A stretch of DNA of 36,880 nucleotides from Candidatus Bipolaricaulia bacterium (GCA_042219045.1 JBDGQO010000038.1:18821-55700); one strand, 5' to 3'; counted from the stretch's first letter, positions 26,986-35,907 are shown. Numbers and translations are program-made. The notes: generated from the sequence alone by a model not told the origin.

Positions 26986-28550
26986 TGGAGCGCGATACGC
27001 TGCTCCACCGGATCGAGGCGCGGGACGAGCCATGGGACGTGGCGGTCGTCGGCGGCGGGGCCACGGGCCTCGGCTGCGCCGTCGAGGCGGCGGCGCGCGG
27101 CTACGACACGATTCTGCTGGAACAGGACGACTTCGCCAAGGGGACCTCGAGCCGCAGCACCAAGCTGATCCACGGCGGGGTGCGCTATCTGCGCCAGGGC
27201 GACGTCTCGCTCGTGCGCGAGGCGCTCCACGAACGCGGGCTGTTGTTGCGAAACGCGCCGCACCTCGTTCAGGCCCAGCCGTTCGTGGTGCCCAACTATC
27301 GCTGGTGGGAGCGGCCCTACTACGCCATCGGGCTGAAGCTCTATGACCTGCTGGCGGGCCGCCTCAACATCGGCGCGTCCCGGCCACTGACGCGCAAGAC
27401 AACCCGCGAGCTACTGCCGACGGCGCGTTCGGACGGACTGTGCGGCGGCGTCCTCTACTACGATGGCCAGTTCGACGACGCGCGGCTGGCCGTCGCACTG
27501 GCCCACACGTTGGCGGACCTCGGCGGCGCCCCATTGAATCACATGGGCGTGACAGGATTGCTCAAGGGCACCCAAGGCGTCCAGGGCGTGGCAGCAAAAG
27601 ACGCAGAGACCGATCGGACGCACGAGATCCCGGCCCGCTCGGTCGTCAATGCCACCGGCGTCTTCGTGGACACCATTCGCCAAATGGACGACCCCGACGC
27701 CTCAGCGATCATGACCGCCAGTCAGGGCATCCATCTCGTGCTCGATCGCTCGTTCCTGCCCGCTGATTGCGCCATCATGATTCCCCAGACCGACGACGGC
27801 CGGGTTCTCTTCCTCATTCCGTGGCAGGACCGCGTTCTCGTCGGAACCACCGATACGCCCGTCGACGCGATCTCGCTGGAGCCCCAGCCCACCGAGGACG
27901 AGATCGCCTACCTGATCGATCACGCCAATCGCTACCTCGATCGCCCCGTCGAGCGCTCGGACGTATTGAGCACGTTCGCCGGCCTCCGGCCGCTCGTGCA
28001 GGCGGCGGATCAGGGCGGCGACACGGCCGCCATCTCGCGCGAGCACGCGGTGCTGACCTCGGCTTCGGGGCTCGTGACCATCGCCGGTGGCAAGTGGACG
28101 ACGTATCACAAGATGGGCGAGGACGCGATCGACGCCGCAGCCGAGGTTGGAGACCTTCCGTCACAGACCTCGGGGACGGATGCCTTGCCGCTGCACGGGT
28201 TTGTGGAGAACGCCGAGGCGTTGCCGCCTTGGCAACGCGGCTACGGGGCCGACGCCACCGCTATGGATGCGCTGATCGAGAGCGAGCCGCCATTGGGCGA
28301 GTTGCTGCATCCAGATCTGCCCTACCGGTGGGTTGAGGTCGTCTGGGCCATCCGCCACGAGATGGCGCGTACGGTCGAGGACGTTCTCTCACGGCGCACG
28401 CGTGCGCTGTCGCTCAACGCGGGCGCGTGTCTTGAAATTGCCGAGGATGTGGCACAAACCCTCGCGCGCGAGCTCGGCCGCGACGAGGCATGGCAAGCCG
28501 ACCAAGCGACGCGCTTCGAGCGCTTGGCCCGGCAGTATCAGGTCGACTAG
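26985..28550 (+). CDS. glpD: FAD-dependent glycerol-3-phosphate dehydrogenase/oxidase
   Basis: GGGATG, GTSSRSTKLIHGGVRYL, DGQFDD, GTTD, AGLRPL, GGKWTTY; ATG overlaps the glpK stop. Confidence 0.95.
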   Translation: MERDTLLHRIEARDEPWDVAVVGGGATGLGCAVEAAARGYDTILLEQDDFAKGTSSRSTKLIHGGVRYLRQGDVSLVREALHERGLLLRNAPHLVQAQPFVVPNYRWWERPYYAIGLKLYDLLAGRLNIGASRPLTRKTTRELLPTARSDGLCGGVLYYDGQFDDARLAVALAHTLADLGGAPLNHMGVTGLLKGTQGVQGVAAKDAETDRTHEIPARSVVNATGVFVDTIRQMDDPDASAIMTASQGIHLVLDRSFLPADCAIMIPQTDDGRVLFLIPWQDRVLVGTTDTPVDAISLEPQPTEDEIAYLIDHANRYLDRPVERSDVLSTFAGLRPLVQAADQGGDTAAISREHAVLTSASGLVTIAGGKWTTYHKMGEDAIDAAAEVGDLPSQTSGTDALPLHGFVENAEALPPWQRGYGADATAMDALIESEPPLGELLHPDLPYRWVEVVWAIRHEMARTVEDVLSRRTRALSLNAGACLEIAEDVAQTLARELGRDEAWQADQATRFERLARQYQVD

Positions 28551-28551
28551 C

Positions 28552-29460
28552 CTACGTGCCCGAGCCCGCTCCGAGCCACAGCAACAGGGCTCCGAGCGTC
28601 GCCACGCTCAGCACCGTCGTCGCCAGCGCCACCGAGGAGACGAGCCGTGGATCGCGGTCGTAGACCGTGGCGATGACGACGGCGTTGACGGCCGTCGGCA
28701 TGCTCGCCTGGAGAATGGCGACCGACTGGGTCAAGCCGCTGAACCCCAACAGCGCTGTCAATCCCCAAGCGAGCAGCGGCGCGAGGCCGAGTCGGGCGGC
28801 AGTCGCGAGGCCGATCGGGATCCGGCGACTTCCGATTTCGACGCCCACGAGCTGGGTGCCGAGCAGGAGCAACATGGCGGGAATCGCCGCGTCGCCCAAC
28901 AATTGCAGCGGCCGCATCACGAACAGCGGCAACTCCACTCCGCCCAGGCGCACGCCGATCGCCAACACGACGGCGTAGAACAGCGGGGTTTTCAAGACAT
29001 TGACGAACGGGTCGCGGACGCGGGCGCCACCCCAGGTGGCGATCATGATCCCGAGCGTCGACATGGCCAACGTCGAGACGGACAGATAGACGACGCCGAG
29101 CGCAAAGCCCGGGTCACCGAACGCAAACAGCAACAGCGGCAACCCGTAGTTGCCCGTGTTCGGCAGGATCAATGCGAGCGCAAGCGCCGACCGCCCGTCG
29201 AGGTCGAGCCCACTTTGTCGGCCGATCAGCAAGGCCACGACCACGAAGACAAGCGAGAGAATCAGAATGAAAACGCCGTAGTCGAGGAAGACCCGTAGGT
29301 CAATCTCGTTCTCAATCAAGCCAGTGAAGATGAGCGCTGGACTGAGCACCCAGAAGTTGAGCGTGGCCAGTTCGTCGGCATTGAGATGGCCCGTCCGCCG
29401 CAAGACGACCCCGATGATCGCGACGACGAGGATGGGAAAGAGGACGTTGAGGAAGACCAT
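28552..29460 (-). CDS. AEC (auxin efflux carrier / malate permease) family transporter
   Basis: About 10 TM segments; PALIF, NTGNYGLP, AIP.MLLLLG, QASMPTAVN. Confidence 0.88.
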   Translation of the reverse strand: MVFLNVLFPILVVAIIGVVLRRTGHLNADELATLNFWVLSPALIFTGLIENEIDLRVFLDYGVFILILSLVFVVVALLIGRQSGLDLDGRSALALALILPNTGNYGLPLLLFAFGDPGFALGVVYLSVSTLAMSTLGIMIATWGGARVRDPFVNVLKTPLFYAVVLAIGVRLGGVELPLFVMRPLQLLGDAAIPAMLLLLGTQLVGVEIGSRRIPIGLATAARLGLAPLLAWGLTALLGFSGLTQSVAILQASMPTAVNAVVIATVYDRDPRLVSSVALATTVLSVATLGALLLWLGAGSGT

Positions 29461-29526
29461 GGCCGGAAGTGTAGACGATACGAACGAATCGGGGCAATGA
29501 GCCCGTCGTATGCGGAACATGGCCCG

Positions 29527-29555
29527 TTGAAGGGTCTCGATCCGCATGCTAAACT
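29527..29555 (+). promoter_or_regulatory. Sigma70 promoter of the cytochrome c gene
   Basis: TTGAAG-17-TAAACT with extended TG; ATG lies only 9 nt after the -10 box. Confidence 0.6.
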
Positions 29556-29564
29556 CAGGTCATT

Positions 29565-30326
29565 ATGCGAGTAACCGCCAACGCCATGCTTGCCTTGGCC
29601 GCCATCGCCGTCGTCGCCTTCTTCGGCAGCGAAGTCTGGAACTTCGCGAATGGCCTCATCTCTCCCAAAGCCGAGCGCCCCATTGAGGAGCCGCACCTCA
29701 CCACGTATGAGGGCATGTCGAACAAGGCGATCGGGGCAGCCGTTCTGGAAGCCCAAGGCTGCCTGTCCTGCCATCAGCGCGACCTCAAGGGCGGCATCGT
29801 CGGTCCGTCGTTCAGCAACGTCGGGGTCCGCTGGAGCAATCCGGAACGCCTGCGCACGCAGATCGTGGCGGCGCACGAGCTCTACCCGGGCACCTACATG
29901 CCGTCATTCCAGCACCTGACGGAGCAAGAGGTCGACGGCCTGATCGCCTACCTGGGCACGTTCAACAGCCAGCGAGAAGGCCCCGCCAATACGGGCGAAG
30001 CCCAGATCCAGATCCCGACCGACGATCAAGGGGACCCGCGCTTCAGCGAGGCGATGGTGGAGCGCGGCCAGCAGCTTTATGGTCAACAGGGCTGCGTCGG
30101 CTGCCACCACATCAACGGGATCGCGCCGGGCGGCAACCAGGGCCCGAACCTCACCCACGAGGGCAAGCGCGGCCGCAGCTACGAGTGGCAGATTCGGCAC
30201 TTGAAGGGCCCGTTGGACGTCTACGTGGAAGGCGAGCCCCAGGGAAACTGGCAGATGCCCTCTTACAGCCAGCTTCCCGAAAAAGACCTCAAGGCGCTTG
30301 CGGCGTTTCTGCAGAGCCTCCGTTAG
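29565..30326 (+). CDS. Membrane-anchored dihaem cytochrome c
   Basis: N-terminal hydrophobic anchor; two CxxCH motifs (CLSCH, CVGCH), each followed by GP.. and a distal MPS. Confidence 0.9.
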   Translation: MRVTANAMLALAAIAVVAFFGSEVWNFANGLISPKAERPIEEPHLTTYEGMSNKAIGAAVLEAQGCLSCHQRDLKGGIVGPSFSNVGVRWSNPERLRTQIVAAHELYPGTYMPSFQHLTEQEVDGLIAYLGTFNSQREGPANTGEAQIQIPTDDQGDPRFSEAMVERGQQLYGQQGCVGCHHINGIAPGGNQGPNLTHEGKRGRSYEWQIRHLKGPLDVYVEGEPQGNWQMPSYSQLPEKDLKALAAFLQSLR

Positions 30327-30338
30327 CTCGCTCGTCCG

Positions 30339-32081
30339 TCAAACGCCGTCGTAGAGCTGTTGCACTTCGGCGACGCTCGTCGCGTCGGATGGGCCCTTGT
30401 CATCGCGGAAGCGAATGAAGCGCGGGAACCGCAGCGCGATGCCGCCTTCGCCGGCCATGTCGTCGGCACCGCAGGTGTGGACGGGGCTTCGTGTCAGTTC
30501 CGCACCCTGGATCTCCAGGACGACGACGGGCTCGAACCAACGGGTCGGTTCCCACTCGCTGACCACGCGCGCCGGCGGCTCATCCCGCTCGTACTCGGCG
30601 AAGACGTCCGGCAGTTCGGCCAGCTCCTCGTCGTTGAAGCCGGTGCTCACTTTGCACAACGTCTCGTAGCGATCCCGATCGGGATTGTAAACCGCACACA
30701 ACAACGCACCCCATGTTCCAGAGCGGTTGCCGCGCCCCGCGAAGCCGCCCACGGCGACGACGTCGAAGCTGTCGACGAGGTCCTGGGCATAGTCGCGCTT
30801 CCACTTGATCCAACTCCACTCGCGGGCGCCCGCCCGATAGACGGAATCGGGGGCCCGGGACTTGGCCATGATCCCCTCGAAGCCGCGCTCCACGGCCTGG
30901 TTGAAGAACGCCTCGATCTCCTCGACGTCGTCGGAGACGGTCAGTTGGGCCGGCTCAATGTGATCGTGGGCCCGAACGATCCGCTCGAGGATCTCGCGGC
31001 GCTCCGGGAACGGCCGATCGATGACGCTTCCCCCGTCCACATAGAGGACATCGAAGAGCATCAGCTTGACGGGCACCTCTTCGACGTACTGCTCGATGTC
31101 GTACTTGCGCTTGCGGCTCATCAGGACCTGGAACTCCTGGAACTGATCCGTCGTGCCGGGCACGAGCGCCACGACCTCGCCTTCGATAATGGCGTCCTGT
31201 GCGTCAATCGCCTCGCGGATAAAGCCGGCCACGTCGGGATATTGGGGCGTAATGTCGTCCAGGTTGCGCGAATACAGCGTTACGTTCTCGCCCGCTTTGT
31301 GGACCTGGACGCGCTCGCCGTCGTATTTGACCTCCACGGCGAAGCCGTCGGGGAGCTTGTCGAAGAGATCAGTCAACAGCTCGACGCGTTGGGCCGCCAT
31401 CATCTTGGTGGGATGGCCGACCTCGATCTGGATCTCGCCGAGGGCGTCGAGGCCGCCTTCGGCGACCGTGCGAGCGACGCGGCCGATGTCGCTGCAGAGG
31501 TTGTACGCTCGCTCCAGCGGCTTCTTGTCCTTTCTGCCCGTGAACGCCAAGGCCAACCCATTGAGAATGGTCATCGTTCCGACGCCCAGGCGCAGCGTCC
31601 CGAGCGCGATACGGACGACGTACTTGGCGGCCTCCGGGCGCGCCTGCGTGAGCATTTCGGCCAGCCGGTTGATCTTCTCGTCCTGTGAGCCCGCGCCATG
31701 GGCATGCGCAATGGCCATGAACTGCTCGTGGACCTGGCGGACGCTCAGCCCCTCCTCCTCGTCATCAAGAGGGCCGCTCAGCTCGTCCTCCGCGACGGAG
31801 CCATAGTCGCCCAGCTCGGTGTAGCGGCTCGCGATCTCGGATCGGTCGCGACCGGCCGCGCGCGCGATCGCTTCGGCCATGAGCTTTTCGCCGATGTCGA
31901 GGTTGACGTCCTCGTACTCCGCGACAAGGGTCCCTTGGGTGAAGTAGGCCACGAGGTCAATTACGTCGACGGGCGTGGCCTCGAACAGCTCGGCGAGAAT
32001 CTGGGCCATCTCGTTGCCCGATCGGGTGCTTTCCAGACGGGCGAAGGCATTCACAAGCGTCGCAAAACGGAGATCAGCCAC
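30339..32081 (-). CDS. lig: ATP-dependent DNA ligase, archaeal/eukaryotic type (DBD + AdD + OB)
   Basis: EVKYDGER adenylation motif, EGEVV, FDVLY, EGIMAK, WIKWKRDY, LRFPRFIRFRDDK; GTG start with AGGAGG. Confidence 0.95.
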   Translation of the reverse strand: MADLRFATLVNAFARLESTRSGNEMAQILAELFEATPVDVIDLVAYFTQGTLVAEYEDVNLDIGEKLMAEAIARAAGRDRSEIASRYTELGDYGSVAEDELSGPLDDEEEGLSVRQVHEQFMAIAHAHGAGSQDEKINRLAEMLTQARPEAAKYVVRIALGTLRLGVGTMTILNGLALAFTGRKDKKPLERAYNLCSDIGRVARTVAEGGLDALGEIQIEVGHPTKMMAAQRVELLTDLFDKLPDGFAVEVKYDGERVQVHKAGENVTLYSRNLDDITPQYPDVAGFIREAIDAQDAIIEGEVVALVPGTTDQFQEFQVLMSRKRKYDIEQYVEEVPVKLMLFDVLYVDGGSVIDRPFPERREILERIVRAHDHIEPAQLTVSDDVEEIEAFFNQAVERGFEGIMAKSRAPDSVYRAGAREWSWIKWKRDYAQDLVDSFDVVAVGGFAGRGNRSGTWGALLCAVYNPDRDRYETLCKVSTGFNDEELAELPDVFAEYERDEPPARVVSEWEPTRWFEPVVVLEIQGAELTRSPVHTCGADDMAGEGGIALRFPRFIRFRDDKGPSDATSVAEVQQLYDGV

Positions 32082-32182
32082 GGTCGTAGCCTCCTGTTGC
32101 GGGGTGCTTTATTGTAGGGAGCGAACGCAGGGCCCGTCGAGGCCGCTTGTCCGCGGCATCTCCCCGGCCCTACAATTCGCGC

Positions 32183-33553
32183 ATGATGGGTGACACCGCT
32201 GCCGAGCACCTCGAGGCCCTGCGATCGCGGCTTCGCGACGACCAGATATCGACAAAACCGGCGGTTCTGGACGAGCACAGCCGCGACGAGTCGAGCCATG
32301 CTCCAGCTGCGCCCACGGCGGTCGTCTTCGCCGAGTCGACCGAGGACGTTGCGGACGTGCTGAGCTGTTGCCATGAGATGCGCGTTCCCGTGACGCCGTG
32401 GGGCGCGGGCACGAGCCTGGAGGCCAACCCCATGGCGCTGCAGGGCGGCATCATGCTCGACTGCTCGCGCATGAACGGGATTGTCGACGTTCGGCCCGAT
32501 GATCTCCAGGTCACCGTCGGGCCCGGGGTCGATCACACGGTCCTGAACGAGCGCCTGAGCCGCCATGGGCTCTTCTTCCCGCCGGACCCGGGCGCTCCGT
32601 GCACGATCGCCGGCATGGCGGCCAACAACGCCGCCGGCATCCGGGGCTTCAAGTACGGCGCCACGCGAGCGTGGGTGCTCGAACTGGAACTCGTGCTGGC
32701 CCATGGCGAGGTCATTCGTTGCGGCACCCGGGCGATGCGCAGTTCCTCGGGCTACGACCTCGTCCGCCTGTTCGTCGGCTCCGAGGGGACGCTCGGCGTG
32801 ATGACGGAGATCACGCTCAAACTGGCCGGCCTCCCGCCCGAGATCTCGGCCGCCACGGCGTCGTTCCCCTCGCTCGCCGACGCGTCCGAGGCCGTCGTCG
32901 ATCTCGTCCAAGCGGGGCTCGCGCCGACGGCGCTGGAGCTCATGGACCCCGTGGCCGTCCGCCAGATCAACGCGTTCAAGGGGCTCGATCTGCCCGAGGG
33001 CCCGTTGCTCTTCCTCGAGTTCAGCGGCACGGAGCCCGCTGTTGCAGAGGACGTCGAGCTGGCCCAGTCCGTCTGCGGCGATCATCGCTGCACGCGCTAC
33101 CAGCCCGCCATGGGCCGCAAGGAGCGCGATCGGCTCTGGGACGCGCGCCACGAGGCCTACTACGCCGCGGCCGCGGACAATCCCGACAAACGCTCTATCA
33201 TCACCGACGTCGCCGTGCCCATCAGCCGCCTGCCGGAGCTGATCGACTTTGCCCAAGAGGAGCTGACTAATCACGGCCTCAGGGGGCCGATCCACGCGCA
33301 CGCGGGCGACGGCAACTTCCACGTCGTGGCCTTCTACGACGACGATGCGGACGCCGACGCCCACGCCTACAACCGATCCCTCGTCACCAAGGCGTTGTCC
33401 GTCGGCGGCACGGCCACAGGCGAGCACGGCGTCGGCTCGGGAAAAATCAACTTCATGGAGGCCGAGCACGGAGCGAGCTACGCCTGGATGGCGCGAGTCA
33501 AGGACCTGTTTGATCCGAACGGCATCTTGAATCCGGGCAAAATGTTCGCCTGA
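32183..33553 (+). CDS. FAD-linked oxidase (D-lactate dehydrogenase / GlcD family)
   Basis: GAGTSL, FPPDPG, GMAANNAAG, GYDL...GSEGTLG, HAGDGNFH, GEHGVG, NPGK. Confidence 0.92.
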   Translation: MMGDTAAEHLEALRSRLRDDQISTKPAVLDEHSRDESSHAPAAPTAVVFAESTEDVADVLSCCHEMRVPVTPWGAGTSLEANPMALQGGIMLDCSRMNGIVDVRPDDLQVTVGPGVDHTVLNERLSRHGLFFPPDPGAPCTIAGMAANNAAGIRGFKYGATRAWVLELELVLAHGEVIRCGTRAMRSSSGYDLVRLFVGSEGTLGVMTEITLKLAGLPPEISAATASFPSLADASEAVVDLVQAGLAPTALELMDPVAVRQINAFKGLDLPEGPLLFLEFSGTEPAVAEDVELAQSVCGDHRCTRYQPAMGRKERDRLWDARHEAYYAAAADNPDKRSIITDVAVPISRLPELIDFAQEELTNHGLRGPIHAHAGDGNFHVVAFYDDDADADAHAYNRSLVTKALSVGGTATGEHGVGSGKINFMEAEHGASYAWMARVKDLFDPNGILNPGKMFA

Positions 33554-33625
33554 GCGACGTTGCGTGCCCGGTGACCCCGATCAAGATGCCAAGCCGCTCA
33601 GGGTTCAGTTTCCGCTGATCGCTCG

Positions 33626-34225
33626 TCAGCGATGCAGCTCGAAGAGCAGATCGATCCCGGCAGAGAGGCGAATTGCCGTTCCCTCACGGCAGCAGTCCGC
33701 GCCCGAGGTCGTCTGGACGATCGGTCCAATCCAGAGCTCAAGGAAGGGCCACGGGGTATGCGAGCCCACGACACCGGCATACGGCCCCGTCCAGTTCAGG
33801 TCGGGCAGCAGCGCCAGCCCGCCGATCGCGGTCACTTGGAAATCGCCCTTTTGCCGGATGGTCCAGCGGGCCGACACGTCAAACGAGGACAGCGCGGAGG
33901 TCTGGAACGTCTCGAGATCCAACAGGCTCATGCCGGCACTTAAGGCAAACTCTCGGTAGGTAATCCCTAGGCTCAAGCCGAGACCGCGGGAGCCGTCCTT
34001 GAACGCCGGCGGCTCGGACTGCCACAGCCCGCGCGACTGGGAGACGTTGACCGACAGCACGACCTCCTGGGCCTGTCCCATAACGGGACCGGATGCCAGT
34101 ACCAGCAACACAATGGCCGGAATCGCGATCCAAGGCCGCAAACCCCGCTCAGATTCAGGCTTAAGGCGGCGCATCATGCCTGAGAAAGTTCGGCCTGAGG
34201 GGTTTGTCGATGTGGGATTTGCCAT
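33626..34225 (-). CDS. Secreted, possibly outer-membrane beta-barrel-like hypothetical protein (start may be 34177)
   Basis: Signal-like WIAIPAIVLLVLASGPVMGQA followed by alternating hydrophobic strands. Confidence 0.6.
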   Translation of the reverse strand: MANPTSTNPSGRTFSGMMRRLKPESERGLRPWIAIPAIVLLVLASGPVMGQAQEVVLSVNVSQSRGLWQSEPPAFKDGSRGLGLSLGITYREFALSAGMSLLDLETFQTSALSSFDVSARWTIRQKGDFQVTAIGGLALLPDLNWTGPYAGVVGSHTPWPFLELWIGPIVQTTSGADCCREGTAIRLSAGIDLLFELHR

Positions 34226-34359
34226 GGGAACTCATCCATGCGTCAGGATAGGAGATGGACCGCCCAGGAGCCAGCCTGGACATCGGCCCGGCCTCGTGAT
34301 ATGCTCCCGGTCCGCTTTGATCGTTGGCCACTCAAGCGGTCCGGTGAGAGGAGGGCCCG

Positions 34360-34589
34360 ATGCCCCATTTAAAAGCAACACGGCGCGACCGCCGAAGGTC
34401 GGCGATCGCGTAATCTGCCGGCACGCCCAGCGAACCAACCTGACCGAAGGCGCTATTTACACCATCCATGACTTCCGGCGCTGCTATGATGCTCATGAGC
34501 CGCCCTATCTCTACGTCCTTTGCAACGACGAGGGCGTCCGGCACGGGTACGCCCCGGAGCGCTTCCACCTAACGAGGGAGGCCGTGTAA
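34360..34589 (+). CDS. Small SH3/KOW-like hypothetical protein; the start ATG is out of frame by -1 (frameshift candidate)
   Basis: GAGGAGG RBS and ATG 34360 in frame 0; the protein-like segment KVGDRVIC...LTEGAIYTI...YVLCNDEG...YAPERF is in the -1 frame and ends at TAA 34589. Confidence 0.5.
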
Positions 34590-34830
34590 GGTTCGACAAT
34601 AGGCCAGCAAGCCCAACGAGCCAGCATTGGCCGCAAGGCCTTTCGTCGGCCGGCTCTCGAGGCGAGCGACAGTGATAAACTGCGCGGGTGCCCAGCCGGG
34701 ACACGGCGCGACGGAACCTCACTCAGGGCCAAACGTTTGACCCGTCGAGGACCCACGTCCACGCCTTCTCAACTGGGCACCACGCCACTCGTTGGACGAG
34801 CTTCGCCGCTTCGCAGCGTGAAGAGCGGGC

Positions 34831-35115
34831 CTACTTTTTCTTGGCCAAGGTCTCCTTGAACGCTTTGCCGGGCCTGAACTTGGGGACCTTTTTCGCGGGC
34901 ACCTTCATCTTCTTGCCCGTCTGCGGATTGATCCGCTCGGTCTCCTTCTGCTCACGCGTCTCAAAGGTGCCGAAGCCGGTCAGTTGCACCTTGCCGTTCT
35001 TCTTTTTCACTTCCTGGACGATGAGATCCAGGGCAGCGTCCAAGGTGGCCTGTGCATCCTTTTTGGACATATCCGTACGCTTGGCCAACTGGTCGACGAA
35101 CTCGCTCTTATTCAT
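34831..35115 (-). CDS. hup: HU DNA-binding protein
   Basis: MNKSEFVDQLA...VQLTGFGTF...RINPQTGKKMKVPAKKVPKFRPGKAFK; AAGGAGG RBS. Confidence 0.96.
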   Translation of the reverse strand: MNKSEFVDQLAKRTDMSKKDAQATLDAALDLIVQEVKKKNGKVQLTGFGTFETREQKETERINPQTGKKMKVPAKKVPKFRPGKAFKETLAKKK

Positions 35116-35221
35116 GCGTTGCCTCCTTTTATGGCTAGATTCGAGACGTGATCCTACACGTCTCAGCCGCTCGACAGCAAGTGGTCACCTCCACCGATGG
35201 TTAGCACCATATGCGACTGTT

Positions 35222-35230
35222 TGATATAAT
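35222..35230 (+). promoter_or_regulatory. Extended -10 promoter (TGaTATAAT) about 410 nt upstream of remA
   Basis: Perfect TGnTATAAT in an AT-rich patch. Confidence 0.55.
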
Positions 35231-35645
35231 GGAATAAGAAAGCTAAACCCGCGACGCCCATCTTCACCTGTACGACCATGCATCCAGGGCGTCGCAGACC
35301 CCAGCGGCCCCCGTCCCGACGCCAGTCGCCTTGCGCCGGCCCGGTTGCCACCACCCAAACGCATGAATCGCAACGCTCAGACGCTGCTCGGACCAAGCAC
35401 CGTCCGTTAAGCTAGGACGAGGCCCCTAACCATCAATTCGCCGCCAAATGCGCCAAGGAGCGTGCCCGCCCGTGATCGAACCGACTACCGACATCCCACA
35501 GCAAAGCGTGGTGACCAGTTGATCAATCGTCGCCAACAACTCGCGGCCGACCAGCATCGCTCGGGGAACGGCCCCGCCGGGAAGTCCCGGCAGCGCTCGT
35601 CGAGCGTGGAGAAGCGCACGTCGTTGGAAGAAAGGTGATCGACGG

Positions 35646-35891
35646 ATGGCAAACCGCCTTTTCAATGTCGGTCTAGACAATCAAGTCAGCACGAACGAGA
35701 TCGTCGCGATCGCCCAACCGGACTCGCTGCCCCTGAAACAGCTGATTAACGCGGCGGAGGCAAACAATCGGCTCATTGACCTGACGCGCGGCCGCAAACG
35801 CCGCTCGATGATCGTGACCAAGTCGGGCTACGTCTTGCTGTCGCCGCTGCGGGCGCCGACGCTGGCCGAACGCTACTCGAATTCCGATTAA
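35646..35891 (+). CDS. remA: RemA / DUF370 family protein
   Basis: NVGLDNQVSTNEIVAI.PDSLP...LIDLTRGRKRRSMIV...VLLS....TL.ER. Confidence 0.88.
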   Translation: MANRLFNVGLDNQVSTNEIVAIAQPDSLPLKQLINAAEANNRLIDLTRGRKRRSMIVTKSGYVLLSPLRAPTLAERYSNSD

Positions 35892-35907
35892 TCCCTGAGG
35901 AGGGTGC

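Noticed and set aside
24172..33469. Long antisense ORFs (e.g. 24172-25461, 30360-31688, 32051-33469) and similar shadow ORFs elsewhere
   Set aside because: They are GC-rich shadows of well-supported genes, with no motifs or RBS.
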